A stretch of DNA of 64,000 bases, taken from Gonapodya sp. JEL0774 (lineage: Eukaryota). The translations under genes and the position numbers were made by a program. The notes beneath the pieces were generated by a model. That model worked only from the letters and a program-made list of their open reading frames with translations. It had not been told where the DNA came from and did no database searches. The stretch spans positions 248,001 to 312,000 of the forward strand of contig JADIIX010000005.1 of NCBI GenBank assembly GCA_027604505.1, read 5' to 3'. Shown here piece after piece: positions 50,401 to 63,762 of this stretch; position 1 is the first letter of the stretch, and each line of letters begins with the position of its first letter.

Positions 50401-53400
50401 AACACCCCGTTTCAAGAAGTCCGTGTCACGAGGATGCGGAATGGGAGACTTGAAAAAGTAGAGTCGACCGGTTCCAGCGGCAAAGGTTGCTCCACAGAGC
50501 CGCGGGAAGGGGACATTCTGGGCTAGAGGCATTGGCTTGACCTCAGGTGTTACGGTTGTAGGTTCTAAACCTTTGTATGAGACACTACGTGGAAGTTTCG
50601 GCGCATCTTCAAATCGAACTCCCGCTGTGGAAGCATCAACATCGAGGAGCTGATTGGCGGCCTCTATCATGGATCCATCGCCCACTATGCTGAGCGGCGG
50701 CGTGGGAGCATCCCAATCGACATCTTTCTCGGGGAGAAATCCAAAAGCGAAGTCGCCCACGATCCGCGGGTTCACGCCAAATTCCATTTGTTCTTTTGCA
50801 AAGAGTTCCTCGAACACGTGCTTGCGCCGTGTTGTCACTTTGTTCATTGCATCTGACGGCAAATCTAGTGCGATCGATGGATATCCACTCCGAAAAATGA
50901 AGGGCGCTGTAGAGAACAGGTACCGGAGACAGGGTTCAAGAGCTGGTATTCGTCGATAGGCAGACACATATGCAATTTGACTCAGCCGCTGTAGCATGCA
51001 ATGGTGTTTTGAGTCTGGATTTTCACAATTCAGTGCAGGTACCCACGTTCGCGAGTTCAATTCGTCCTTCGAGGGGAACGATTGGACTTCTCCTAATTTC
51101 GATCACGAGTGGTTCTCTGGGGTATTCTACCGGAAACTCAACGCTCAGAACGACGAGTGCAGGAAGTGTTGCTTTCTTGTGGGTCAATTCATCAATATTT
51201 ACTGTTGCTGTTGATGTCCTCTTTTGAGTGCCAGAAGACACGAAACAGTCCGGAACGACAATCGATATTCGACATGTTCTGGACAATTTCTGCTCTCCCA
51301 TTTCGTCTGGCTTCGTGTCGATAAAGTTAAAGCGACTCGTGTCATCCTCGAGCCTCAGCGCGCTTTTGCGTTTTGCGCTCCGTGGCGACGGTCCTAAAGG
51401 CACCCACCCCTCAACTGTGACCCCCGGTATCCGCTGGCACCAAGATACTTCATCGTCGACATTAAGAACCTTCATTACTGGAAATACCGGAATCGGTTGT
51501 TGGGGCGCGACGTGGACACGGAAGCCCGAGAGTCTTGTAATATCTTCGACAGTGTCATCTCCAAAGAACATCATCAAAGTCTCCTTCACCCTTGAATTTC
51601 CACGAACTTCTCCATCAGATGCAACTAAAGACTGTGGTGGTCTTTCGCGACTGATGAAACTGGATCCTCTGTCGCCACTACTGGTCATGCTCAGCCGATT
51701 ACTGAGAGAAACTCCAGTGGACCGCGCACGTTTACGAATTACATGCTCCAGTGCAACTGAGGTACCAGAAGGTAAACCGTCTTCCACTAACGGGAGGTCT
51801 CTGATTGGGACAACGGGGGTGAAGGAGATTATGTGGTGCTCTCCGAGAGAACGGGAGGTTGATGTGGTGATATCTGTCTCGTCCATTGGTAACATGGATT
51901 TTGAGTTCACGTGATGCCCCACATCGTCAGGGTCGTCTCCGAATCCGCGTCTAAAAGTCCACTTTTCACCAGGAATGTACCCCGCCCTCCGCATCACATC
52001 TTCCGAAATGGGCCACAGGCGAAGCGTTCTGTCTACACTCCAAGTGACGAGCTGGTAATCCTCTGAATTGAGACTTTCGGACTCTGATGCGCTGTCTGCA
52101 GCAGAAGATGCCAAGTTCCCAACTGCAACAAAGTCCCTAATGCTGAAAGCGTTGACAGACTTTCTAGACCGCATAACAAACTCTCGCACGGAATCTCGGT
52201 GACCAGCAAACGAATGAACTGGGACCGGTCCAGGTGGAATCGTTTCAGCGAATCGCGAAGCCGGTCCCGATGTTGCGGTCTTCTTGGAGAGCTCTCGCTT
52301 CACATGAGATTGTACAACATCTCCGCGGTTCCACAACTGAACTGTGGTATCACGGTTACCATGTGGTGAGGTAAGGAGACCGTCACCAAAAGGTGTCAAT
52401 CGAGCTCTCCACGTGGCCTGAGGGAGTATTAGAGAAGCCACTAAGGTTGCCGGCGGAGCCGAGCCTGCACGACGCATTGAATGCACAGAAGAAGAGTTTT
52501 CGGAGGTTTTACTCGGAGACGTTGGCTGGGATGCTGGTGGAGTTTTCATCGACAAAGCACCCGACGTGTCGTTAGAAATGTTCCACAAGCGAACGGCTCG
52601 ATCTTGACCACAAGTAACGAGATCGTGGGCGGAGTGATACGACCAGTCTAAATAAAATATGCGATGGGTGTGCGCTGTCGGAGTCAGTGAAACAGGATGA
52701 GAACCTTTCTGTAGACGAGGTGACATATCACAAATAAAGTTTTCGAACGGTCAACGAATATTGAACGTAAGGTACCACTCACCCTTATATCCCAGATTCT
52801 GAGATCTTTGTCGTGTGATGAAGCGAAAATATTCTCGTTGAGTCGGTTCCATCTCACTTGGCTGGCTCCCTCTGTTGGTCGGTGAACTCTGTGATTCAAA
52901 CTTCCCATTATAGGGAAACAAATTTTCAAAGCTCACCTGTCCAAGCACACCAACTTCCAACAGGCTTCGTAACACCCAGTCCTGAATGAGAGGCACTGGT
53001 CGATTCCGCTGACATGCCTCCTCCAGGAGATCGGGTGTCCCACATATGCACCCATGCATCCATACCACACGTAAGTATTCGATCAGGGTGGAAAGGGGAC
53101 CAGTTAAGGTCAGATATAGCTCGAGTATGCGCAGAAAGAACGCGCTGGACGTAGGGTGATGTTGATGACTTGATGGATAGAGCCGAGGAAGAGGAATTCA
53201 CAGCCAAAGCCGGTGAGGTGTTCCAGATAAGGCAAGTTTGGTTTGACTTGATGACAGAGTGCGTTCGTTATTCACAGGTGATGTCAGAGTTCGTATCGTA
53301 GGAACTCCCACCGTTGACGCAATCGTCGTTTCTCGCCCCGGGTGCGGATTCCACTGACAATCAGTGACGTCCCACTGAGAAATGTGGGGCAAAAACCGAG

Positions 53401-53751
53401 GTGGTTGATTTGGATTGTCCAGATCAAGAAGGTAAAGTCCTTTCTTGCTGTTCTCCATGGGAAGGAGCAAACGAGAGAATGAGCAACTGCACATGGTATA
53501 TATAAGCGTAGAAGGACGTGCCTCGCCAGAACTATATCTCTCCCATAAGACGACATAGAAATATTAGTGACTGGTTGATCCAACTTTATAATGAGATGTT
53601 CTTTGAACGAATTCGAGGTACTGGAAAATGGAGCCGGCGACTCCGCACTCCCTCTAGCGACCTGGACGCCATAGCCACCCAATGAAGTGTGCGAGTACCG
53701 ATCACCGGAGTTGGAGGAAGTGATTGAACGTGAGCGTCGGTCCGGGAGCAT
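47476..53751 (-). CDS. WDR59: GATOR2/SEACAT subunit WDR59 (Mtc5/Sea3): WD40 + RWD + C-terminal RING
   Basis: SISMSSYGRDIVLA-like start (NISMSSYGRDIVLA), WDVTDCQWNPHP, HTRAISDLNWSPFHP, ASQVRWNR, RWD-like VEFPVEYPREP, VPFPRLCGATFA, WRSHPFGR, DVQTLAILTCV, and RING CKVCQIPVKGLSIFCSVCRHGGHTECVESWF..CPSGCGCVC. The start codon is uncertain. Confidence 0.92.
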
Positions 53752-54628
53752 TCCCGCAAGACGTCCCACTACTTGGACAATGATTCACGTAGAGCTTGAT
53801 GAATCGTGTTGTAGTGCTCTCAATAGTCCCAGAAAGCTCTGATGCGAATAGTAAGTCCGAGATCGATGTCCTTTCCGTGATTTCCTCGTTGGGAGTTCTT
53901 GGAAGCTCGTCGTGAACTTCCTCTCTTCGTCGCTACTTGCAAAGAGAAATATTTCTCCAATTCAAGCGAGAAAAACGGCTTGGAGCGGATTATATGTACG
54001 TTTGTTGTGGCAGCATGTATGACTATGTGTGTCGACTGTGTCCTGATCGTCCGTGGCAAGTGCTTCTGCACCCCCATCATACTTTTGCTCCCAACTTACC
54101 ATCCTCAAGCTGCCAGCGCAAACTGCTGGATGCATTGCATCCAAGACCGAAAAAATAGGGACACACCCACCATGAAGCACCAGGCATGATGTAGACAACG
54201 AGGAAGGAAGTCGGGTACTGAAGTGCGTCAACATATGTGAATGGTGCGATTGCCGTGCGGGGTTTGAGCAACGAGTGTGGCCAGGGTACGAGGCTCAAGT
54301 ATGGTACACATTCGAAGTAAGGTAAAAATGGCGCTCATGGCCTCAAGGATTTGAACCACCCAACTCAACTAGTAAGTTGGTAGCAGAAACAAATCCCGCC
54401 TACAGGTGCGACTTCCACCTCCGCGAGCACCAGTACCATTCATGTTCCCTGCAAGACGGACTTGTGGGACAGGGCAGCGCGGGCACAAAAGCACACAGGG
54501 TCAGCGTGTCAAAGGACAGATAGAGAAATCAAATTAAGACAGAGTGTGACAGTTGACGGTTCTGATCCACTGTTCGCTCTTCTCCACAAGTGTTCACTCT
54601 CCCACCCCAAATGAATTGTCTGGATCCA

Positions 54629-55158
54629 TCAATCGTCATAAGGCGTTGAGAGAGCCTCAACACGGGACCGGTCAGGAACTTTTGCGTAAATGAGGTGACC
54701 GTGGAGGTTGTGGCGATCGGGAAAGAGAGCGAGTTGAACAAGGAGACGAGACAAAGACAATTGAACAAGGCTGGTCAGGGAGAGAGCACCAAAAAATCAT
54801 CACAAGACGCACGGGGGAACGACTTCGGGGGCTCCGGTATGCGCTTTGCGCCATAGTATCTGCGGAGAGGGAGGACGGTGATGGGAAGGAGGAGGCCTAC
54901 AGGGTGACACAAAGTGAAGAAACTCAGAGAGAGACTCGAAAAGATGCAGAGACCGGTCCCAGTCCCGGTGCAGAATCCCGCCACGAAGATGTTATAGCTG
55001 CGGTATACGGAATCGCAGCCGGTCATGCTTCACATCTGAGTATGTCGGAGGGGTGCAGTTCGTCTGAGTTCGGAACCAACACACGCACCTGTTATTCCAA
55101 CCGCGTAAGAGACTGTCAGCACGGGCTGTTCCATCAATGCTTTGCGCAGAAATGACAT
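54629..55158 (-). CDS. NADH:ubiquinone oxidoreductase 9.5 kDa subunit (NI9M/NDUFA3-like), 3 exons
   Basis: Not assembled in the ORF track. MSFLRKALMEQPVLTVSYAVGIT|GLLLPITVLPLRRYYGAKRIPEPPKSFP|LPDRSRVEALSTPYDD* matches the fungal pattern (E-P..S..G.GP..P.R...G....P.SYP.P.R.R...GYDD). Confidence 0.85.
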
Positions 55159-55851
55159 CGTGTGTCGGAGCTCGTGAGCTGTAGCAAACCGCCCCAATCC
55201 GGGAATGCTCGTTGCTGTGGTCGTTTCGTTCAACTCCCAGAGCACATGTCATTCCACCAATCCTTCCCCCCCTCCCCTCCTTGTGAATACAGTCGAAGTC
55301 CTTGGAATTGAGATTCATATATTCAGAGTTGCAAGAGAAATCTTGTAGTGAATTTCGCTCTGCAAGAGTTTAAGCCTGTGTTTTTTATGACACTGATGCG
55401 CAAATGCCCGAACAAGGTGGGGACCATGATACATGAAAGGGGGAGAGCAGGAAGAAAAGATGGAAATAATCTCTGTCTGTGTTGTCCAAATACCTGTGTG
55501 TGGACCCTGATGAATCTGATTGGATGCCAAATTTGGCGTGCAGCATTCGTACCGCCGCCAGACGAGATTTTTCGCACCAGATTTGAATTCCCCACGTAGA
55601 GATTGACGCCAGCTTCAGTTCGAACCAGGAAGCAAGGAAATTCGAGTTTGACGAGGAATCGTCACCACTTGCTTCCTCCACTTCGGTACATATTGCTGGC
55701 ACAACCAGAACGTCGCAAATTCGTACTCAACGCCCAATTTCGGCCTTTCTCGGTGTTCTTAACGATTGGTCACAGTCTGGCCTTGCTTGTCTCGGCATCA
55801 TTCCTCTCCTTCAAATCAGTTTTCGTCCCCTCCAATCAACGTTTGTTTCCA

Positions 55852-58800
55852 ATGCTTCGCGCTTCACGCCACTCTTCCCTGGCGCTCTCGCCGTCTTTCC
55901 TCTCCTCGCTGTCCCGTATTACTCAATCCACCACCCACACCTTTCACTCATCTTGCGCACCCCTGCAGTCCCAACTCAACTTCACCTCACCGTCCGCCAT
56001 TTTTCCCCAACTTGACTCCTTCCCCCGCCGACATATCGGTCCGCGCTCCAATGACCTCCCTTCCATGCTTGCCACAGTCGGTTCACCTTCCATCGACGAC
56101 CTCATCTCCAAAACTGTGCCCCCAACTATCCGCTCCTCCAGCGTTCCGGCGATTGGCGAACCAATCACTGAAACACAACTCCTCGCACAGCTTAAAGCTA
56201 TCGCCAAAAAGAATCTGGTTTATAAATCGTACATCGGCCTTGGATACGCCAACACAATTACGCCACCAGTGATACTGCGGAATATCATGGAGAACCCGGG
56301 CTGGTATACCCAGTATACCCCCTATCAGCCGGAAATTGCTCAAGGGAGGCTCGAGTCCCTGATTAATTTCCAGACTGTCGTCACGGACCTTACCGGATTA
56401 CCAGTGGCGAATGCATCGCTACTAGATGAAGGTAGGCGGCCCACAAGTTTTCTGGGAGCCTGGATGGCTCTTCCCCATCCTCATTCAAATGACGTCCCCT
56501 TACGAACGCACCTCACCTCCATTGCGAAGGCACTGCCGCCACCGAAGCCATGCTCATCGCATTTTCCGTCCACCATCGCCGGCGCACTACGTTCCTGTGC
56601 GACCGAGCCACCAACCCGCAGACGATTGCGTGTCTCCGTAGTAGGGCGGAGCCGTTTGGTATCAATGTGGTCGTTGGGAACGCCGTCAGTTGGGAAGGGG
56701 ATGATTTAGGAATCGAAGTGGGCCAGAAGGCGAAGGGAAAAGGTTGGGACGATGTCATGGGAGTATTGGTACAGGTGAGTTGAGGTGGTGTAGATTGCTG
56801 GTCATGAAGTGTGGCCTGAGTCGCCGTGTTACTCACGAGAAGACCCGTGCCTCTGGCTTCTCAGATGAGATTGTGATTGGTGATTACTTTGGCTCTCTTG
56901 GGGCCTCGCGCTCACTTAACAGAGTCGTAACCTTCCCTTTTATTTGCTCTTCCCGTTGATGTTGTGGGATTGGCAATTATCAGTCGACCCACTACCACCG
57001 CATGACTAACCATCTCAATGATTTCCCAATCGTGTGCTCTTGACCAACCTTGTCTTCAAATTACTCAACCACATAGTACCCTACTTCGGATGGGCGCGTC
57101 CCTGACTATTCCACTCTCGCCGCTACCGCCCACCGTCACAAATCTCTCCTAGTCGCTGCTACGGATCTTCTCTCCCTGGCCGTCCTCCAACCTCCTGGTG
57201 AATGGGGTGCCGACATCGCCCTCGGCAATGCTCAAAGATTCGGCGTACCACTAGGGTACGGCGGGCCCCACGCAGCGTTTTTCGCAGTAAAGGATGACCT
57301 CAAACGACGGATGCCAGGGAGGCTGGTTGGTGTGAGCAAAGACGCCCAGGGCAAAGTCGCGTACAGGTTGGCGTTGCAGACGAGAGAGCAGCACATCAGA
57401 AGAGAGAAAGCGACGAGCAATATTTGCACCGCACAGGCTTTGTTGGCGAATATGGCGGCAATGTATGCGGTTTGGCATGGACCCGAGGTGAGTTTTGGGT
57501 TAAGCGATTTTGGGGTTGTTGAGACATTTTCATTTAAGAGATTGGGCTCGTAAACATGTGCAATGTGATCATGGACTACCAACAGGGCATCAAAGACATT
57601 GCCCTCCGTGTGCACCACCTCACTGCCATTCTCGCTCAAGGCTTGAACCAGCTGAATTACTCAGTGGCCAACGCCGACTCCTTCTTTGACACCCTCACTG
57701 TTCGATTGGATTACCCTGTATCAGAGCTGGTGTCTTTTGCGCAGGAGCATGGGATCAATCTGAGGATCGATAGTGAAGAGAACGGATCGGGCACCGTGGG
57801 GGTGACCTTGGACGAGACTGTAACGAAGCAGGATTTGCAGGACTTGCTGAAGGTTTTTGCTCTCGGGTCTGTGAGGAGGAGGATGTTGGCCACGGATGGG
57901 ACTGAACCATCAGTGGACGCTCTGGCAGCTGCGCGGTTCTCCTCTGCAGAACGGAGCTTCAACTTCAGCCCCAAACTCGCACGCACAAGCACCTTCTTGA
58001 CACACCCTGTATTTTCAGCCCATCACTCTGAAACTGAAATGCTCCGGTACATTATGCACCTCCAAAGCAAAGACTTGAGTTTGGCAGATGCCATGATCCC
58101 TTTGGGGTCCTGCACCATGAAACTCAATGCGACCACCGAGATGATTCCCGTGACATGGCCAGAGTTTGCGAATTTGCATCCGTTTGTACCCAAGGAGCAG
58201 GCCTTGGGTTATCAGACACTGTTTGAGGTGGGTTTTGGATGGTACGAGTGGTTTGTTTGCGTACCAGCCGGGCGGGCGACCGGAGCAAAGGAGAGCAACC
58301 AACGGTGATGTGTCGATGGAGTTTGCAAGGTATCCTGGCTTCTTGGATATTCTGCCCAGGGTCTGTGGCTGCGATTACTCTATTGCTACGCTGACGGTCA
58401 AATCGTCTGTCTTCTTTCTTCCAGGAACTCGAATACTCTCTAGCTAAAATCACAGGGTTTGACGCCATCTCCCTCCAACCTAACTCGGGCGCTCAAGGCG
58501 AATATGCTGGTCTTCGCGTCATCCGTGCCTACCACGAATCACGTGGGGACTTCAAGAGGAACATCTGCCTCATTCCCGTATCCGCCCACGGCACCAACCC
58601 TGCTTCCGCCGCCATGTGTGGTATGGAAGTTGTAGTGGTCAAGTGTGACCCGACTGGTTCGCTGGATGCGGAGGATTTGAAAGCTAAGGCAAGCCTCCAC
58701 AAAGACAAGCTGGCAGCCATCATGATCACGTACCCATCCACTTATGGTGTGTTTGAGCAAGGTGTGAGGGAGGTTTGCGAGCTCATTCACTCGTATGGCG

Positions 58801-60071
58801 GGCAAGTTTACATGGATGGCGCCAACATGAACGCTCAAGTTGGATTGTGCAGTCCTGGCGATATTGGTGCGGATGTGTGCCATCTCAACTTGCATAAGAC
58901 GTTCACTATTCCTCATGGCGGTGGTGGGCCGGGAATGGGACCTATTGGTGTGTGAGTGTTTGCAACGCTGATGGCGTTGGCGACAAGTTTGACTATGAAT
59001 TCACCTTAACGGTGTGTCCACAACGTTCTAGTAAAGCGCATCTCGCCCCGTTCTTGCCTGGGCACCCGCTTGCCAAGGTCGGTGGTGGCTCCGCTATTGG
59101 ACCCATTTCGGCGGCACCTTGGGGATCCGCCAGCATCTTGCCCATTTCGTGGGCATACATCAGAATGATGGGTATGTTGGAACAACTTTCCTCGACTCGT
59201 TTCCGTGTATGCTGGGTTTTTATCCCGTGTGCGCTTACTCCTCAGGTGATACCGGTTTGAAGAAGGCCACGGAGTATGCCATCCTCAACGCTAACTACAT
59301 GGCGAAACGGCTTGAGCCTCACTACAAAATTCTTTTCCGGAATGAGAATGGATTCTGCGCTCACGAATTCATTATTGATGCGCGGCCTTTTAGCACCTCG
59401 GCAGGGATCGAAGCTGTGGATATTGCAAAGCGTCTTCACGTGAGTGTCACACGCCGCCCTCATTGTGCCAATTCCGCCCGTCATAGCTTATTTAGAATGT
59501 TGTTATTCACTGGTGGCACCGAATGAATAGGACTATTCGTTCCATAGTCCCACCATGTCGTGGCCTGTCGGTAATACCCTCATGGTGGAGCCAACCGAAT
59601 CGGAGCCCCGATCCGAACTCGACCGATTCTGTGACGCCATGATTGCCATCCGACACGAAATTGCTGAGATAGAGTCCGGAAAGCAACCCCGCGAGAACAA
59701 TGTCCTCACGAACGCGCCTCACACACAAGAAGTCCTCCTCGCTGAGAAGTGGGACCGACCGTATTCTCGAGAGCAAGCTGCTTACCCGGTCGCAAGCCTA
59801 CGTAAGCGGAAATTCTGGCCCACAGTCTCGAGGTAAGGACGCAGTGTTCTCTTTTGTTGAATCAATTGCGAATCCACTCCCTTCCAACTCACGTTCGCAT
59901 CGTGACAGAGTCGACGACGCGTACGGTGACCGCAATTTGTTCTGCACGGTAAGGAACCTGGAGATTGCAAGTTTTGTAACAAAATTTTTATTCACATGAT
60001 GCTTCACCACTTTGCTCAATAACTTCCGGATATGTTTTCGACAGTGCCCTCCTCTTGAGATCGACGAATGA
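55852..60071 (+). CDS. GCV2: Glycine decarboxylase P-protein, mitochondrial
   Basis: Presequence [13 protein letters not shown], then [76 protein letters not shown] lysine motif [22 protein letters not shown], and [17 protein letters not shown]. Confidence 0.97.
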
Positions 60072-60126
60072 AATTATAGCGACGAAATAATAACTACATG
60101 TATGCATTGACGTTAATAAGTTGCAA

Positions 60127-63100
60127 CTAGAGTTCCATGTCGGACGTGTTCAACAGCTTTCGAGGATAGGCCAGCACCGAGAGTGGGACGGGTGTCTCTG
60201 CGAGACCATCGTCTTTGATGACAGGCACGAAGTCGTCCACGAGTGTGGCGACGAGCGGGTGAGTGAGAATCTGCTGGGCGGTGGGTCTCTTGCTCGCGTC
60301 CGGGTGGAGCATGGAGCGAATCAGATCACGGAGCGGCTGGGACGCCCGACTGAGGTCGCAAATCGAGAGATCGCCGACTCGGAGTCTGTGCCAGTCGGAG
60401 CCGAATTCAGGTAAGACGACGTTGGCTGTGATTTCCAGAATGACGAGACCGAAGCTGGGTCGTAGGTCAGGGGTGGGCGGAAGGGGAACAAAGTTCGGCA
60501 AGTCTTTACGCAGAGTACATGGGGTTCTCTACCTCACGTACCTGAACACGTCGGCTGGCTTCCCGTACGATGCCAATAGAATCTCTGGCGCAATGTAATT
60601 TCGGTCCCCTTCTCGTTCGGTATCGAGAGGCTACACAACGAGGAGGTCAGGGGGAGATGAGGTTCACGTTAGCAGATCACAACGACAGGAGTTCCCATTC
60701 CCCAACCAAAACCAATCAAGCAAAGACATATCCTCACCACAGGCCAATACGTCGCGAGTCCAAAGTCACCGAGCTTGAGCCGACAATCTTTCGTGATGAG
60801 GATGTTGGCCGGTTTCACGTCCAGGTGAATGATATTGTACCGATGGATGGTGGTCAAGGCCTGGTGTGGAGTCACGGTGGGGCGGGGCCCGCGGGCGAGT
60901 GAGAGGGACACGGGTGTGTTAGTTGACCGATCCGACCATGTTGATCTACCGCACACGACGGAAGTTTTGGCGACGGGATACTCACCACGGCGATATCAGC
61001 AACGAACTGCCAGACCCTGTACTCGTCAAACACGTCCGGAACCGCCGCCAAGTCCTCCAAAAAGTCTTGCAAGCTGGGGGTTTTTGTCAAAACATTGGGG
61101 GGAAAGTGTGAGTACAAGTCCACCGGCAATGAGGACCCTATGACGGGAATGGCCATGACGCCACACCGTCACGCCCTCGCCCGTCATTCCACCCTCGCCA
61201 ACCTCCCCCGCCGCGCCTCCACGGTCCTATCACCCCCCCACGCCCCGCCGATCCCCTGCGGCCACCCCAACAACCCACCTCCCGTTCTCGCAGAGCTCCA
61301 TCTGCATGTACAGGAACCCTGCCTGCTCCCACGCGTCGACGAGCTTCACGCAGTGGTTGGTGGTGCCGGTGCCGGTGCCGGTCAACTTCCACATGATCTC
61401 CACCTCTTCGAGTTTCATGAGCCTGGTCGGAGTCGCCGGGTGGTGTGTATGTGTGTCGGGGGGGGTGCGCGGCGGCGTGGGCGGGAATTTTCGCCATCAA
61501 CTCGTCCTCGTCGCCCTCCCCCTTCCCCCCGTAGTCCATCCCCTCCATCCCCTCCATCCCATCGTCATCGTCGCGCTCCCTCTCCCCCATGAACCCCCCC
61601 CTCCCCCTCCCCCTGTGCCAAAACATGCTGTTGCGCCCTGTGCTCGCCCTATCCCTGTGCCCGAGCCCGAGCCCGTGCCCGCGGATGTTCCATGGCGACC
61701 ACGATAGTTCCTCGCCACCACGACCGGCACCGGCACCGGACGATCCGTCGGGACTTGCCAACAATCCCGACCCCGACCCCGACCCCGACCCCGAGCCCGC
61801 GACCGCGAACGGAAACGCACACGGGGAGGACGCGGAGGCGGAGGGAGCCGCCGAGGATGAGGACGGGGACTCGGCTGCTGCGGGGGAGAAGGGGAGGGCG
61901 AAGGGGAAGGGGAAGGGGAACGGGGATGGCGAGGGGAAGGGGACCGAACCTGGCACGTGGGTGTGGGTGGCGGGACCAGCACTGGTGCTGGCACAGGGCG
62001 AGTCGAGCCATTGCTGGTGGCGGGGGCGGGAGCGGGGGGGGAGGCGGGACGAGGTGGAGGTGGTGGTTGTGTTGCGACCCTCGGCTTCACCGTCCCCCTC
62101 GCCGAAATCCAACCTTCCCGGCCCCGACCCGCCCACGCCCACGCCCACTCCCCCCTCCGCCACAGAGTCTACCGACCCCACCGACCCCACACTCCCCACA
62201 CTCCCCACCGCCGTCCGCGGCGTCCACCACTGGACCGGCGTCACGGGCGTCACTGGCGTGGCCGGCATCGCGTGGGTTGCGGGTGTAGACGCTGGCGTCG
62301 TCGCGGGAAGTGCCATCGCGGGTGTCGTCTGCGTCCCATCACCACCACCACCACCCCCACCCCCGCGTCCCCGCCCCTGGCCACGCGCTCCCCCACCCAA
62401 CCGCCTGTGCACCACCCTGGTCCTCCCCGTGGTGGTGGAGGTGGAGGGGTACGAGGGGGTCCATGCCGGAGCGGTGGTGGTGGTGGGGGGCGGCTTGCAG
62501 GGCGTGGTGGTGGGGTCGAAGGGGAAGGCGGAGGCGGGGAAGGGGGACACGAGGGTGGTGTCGGGGTCGGGGTCGTCGTGGGGATGCTGGAAGGGGAAGG
62601 GGGAGGCGGAGGCGCGGGTGGAAGGGAAGGGGGAGCGGAAGGGGGTGGAGGGGAAGGGGGTCGAGGGGGTCGAGGGGGAGAAGGAGGAGTGGGCGGGGGT
62701 TGTGGTGATGGTCCTGGCGTGAGTGGTGGACGTGGAGGTGGACGTGGAGGTGGACGTGGAGGTGGACGTGGAGGTGGTCGCCCCGTGTGTTGTGGACGTG
62801 GAGGTGGCGGTCTTGTGGCCCACTCGGGCTCCGTTTGCGTTCCCATTCGCGTTCGCGTTCGCGTTCGGGTTCAGGTTCCCGTTCCCGGTCCCGTTTCTGT
62901 TTCCGTTCCGTAGTGCGCCGGTGAGGTCGGCGAGGGGAGGTCTGTCCCTTGGTCCGTTGGGGATGGGCCCTCCTTTGGAGCCGAAACCGAAAGCGAAGCC
63001 GAATGCGGAGTGGGAGTTGGGGTTGGGGTGAGCGGAGGAAGCAGCGGCAGTGGGGGCGGCATGGGAGGCGAGGGAGGAGAACTTTTTGGAAGGTGTTTCG

Positions 63101-63762
63101 GGGATGGGCTTTTTGGAGTGAGGAGGTGGGGGAGCGAATGGGAGGAAGGATGAGTGGTGGGATGAGTGGGAGGCGGGGAGGGAGAGTCTGGATCCGCCTC
63201 GGGTTCCAGATGGTCTGGGGTGGCGTCTTGAGAGCATTTGGCCCGAAGAGTGGAATATGCGGGGAGAAGGACGGGAGATTCTTTGAGGAGTGGCGATGGG
63301 GGAAGGGGAAGGAGGAATGAGAGGAGGGGAGTGTGAGTGGGTGAGGGTGTGGGGGGGAGAGGGAGGGGGGATGTGGACGTGGCGTGGGGAAGGGGGAGAG
63401 GAAGGGAGGGGAGAGCGGGGAGAGGGATCGATGAAGAGGCCCCGTTGGATGAGAGAGGGGGGTTTTGAGAACGAGAGTGAGGGGACTTGGAGTTGGGAGT
63501 GAGACAGTGCGAGTTTTGGGATTTTCGATTTTGAAGGGAGCGGGGTTGCTGGGATTTTGAAAGATGATTGGGAGAATGGGTGGAGAGAGTGGGTGGTGGT
63601 GGGGAAGGGGCTGTTGGGGCTGTTGCGGGACCGGGGAGGACCCGTGGACGTGGAGGTGGACATGGGAGGAGGGAGGGCAGACTTGACCCCCAACGCGGAC
63701 CGGCGGACGGAAACCGCGGATTCGATGTCCGAATGAACTGAGATCTGACCGCTCTCGCTCAT
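60127..63762 (-). CDS. Wee1/Swe1/Myt1-family kinase with long low-complexity N-terminus (N-lobe subdomains I-II not found)
   Basis: EEVEIMWKL..HCVKLVDAWEQAGFLYMQMELCENG|SLQDFL, IIHLDVKPANILIT..LKLGDFGLATYWP, EREGDRNYIAPEIL, ADVFSFGLVILEITANVVLPEFGSDWHRLRVGDLS. The N-terminus is rich in SP/TP sites. The start could be upstream, at 63993. Confidence 0.85.
61766..61794. repeat. (CCCCGA)n coding microsatellite, encodes (GS)n in the Wee1-like N-terminus
   Basis: cccga ccccga ccccga ccccga ccccga read directly. Confidence 0.85.
62726..62776. repeat. (GTGGACGTGGAG)x4 coding minisatellite, encodes (ST)n
   Basis: Four exact 12-nt units read directly. Confidence 0.9.

Noticed and set aside
53800..54600. 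Cys-rich short ORFs and an ATGATG..CTGA pair
   Set aside because: No consistent zinc-finger spacing, and the box C/D distance is too short for a snoRNA.
56775..57077. Long GCV2 intron as a possible glycine riboswitch or snoRNA host
   Set aside because: No glycine-riboswitch core (GGAGA..CCGAAG..CTCTCAGG) or convincing C/D boxes seen. An Rfam scan would be needed.
640..60071. Amino-acid catabolism cluster (BCKDHA, aminopeptidase P, PAH, GCV2)
   Set aside because: The genes are scattered among unrelated housekeeping genes over 60 kb and belong to different pathways, which is consistent with chance.
62726..62776. CRISPR-like or telomeric repeat
   Set aside because: No spacers; an in-frame coding minisatellite in a eukaryotic gene.
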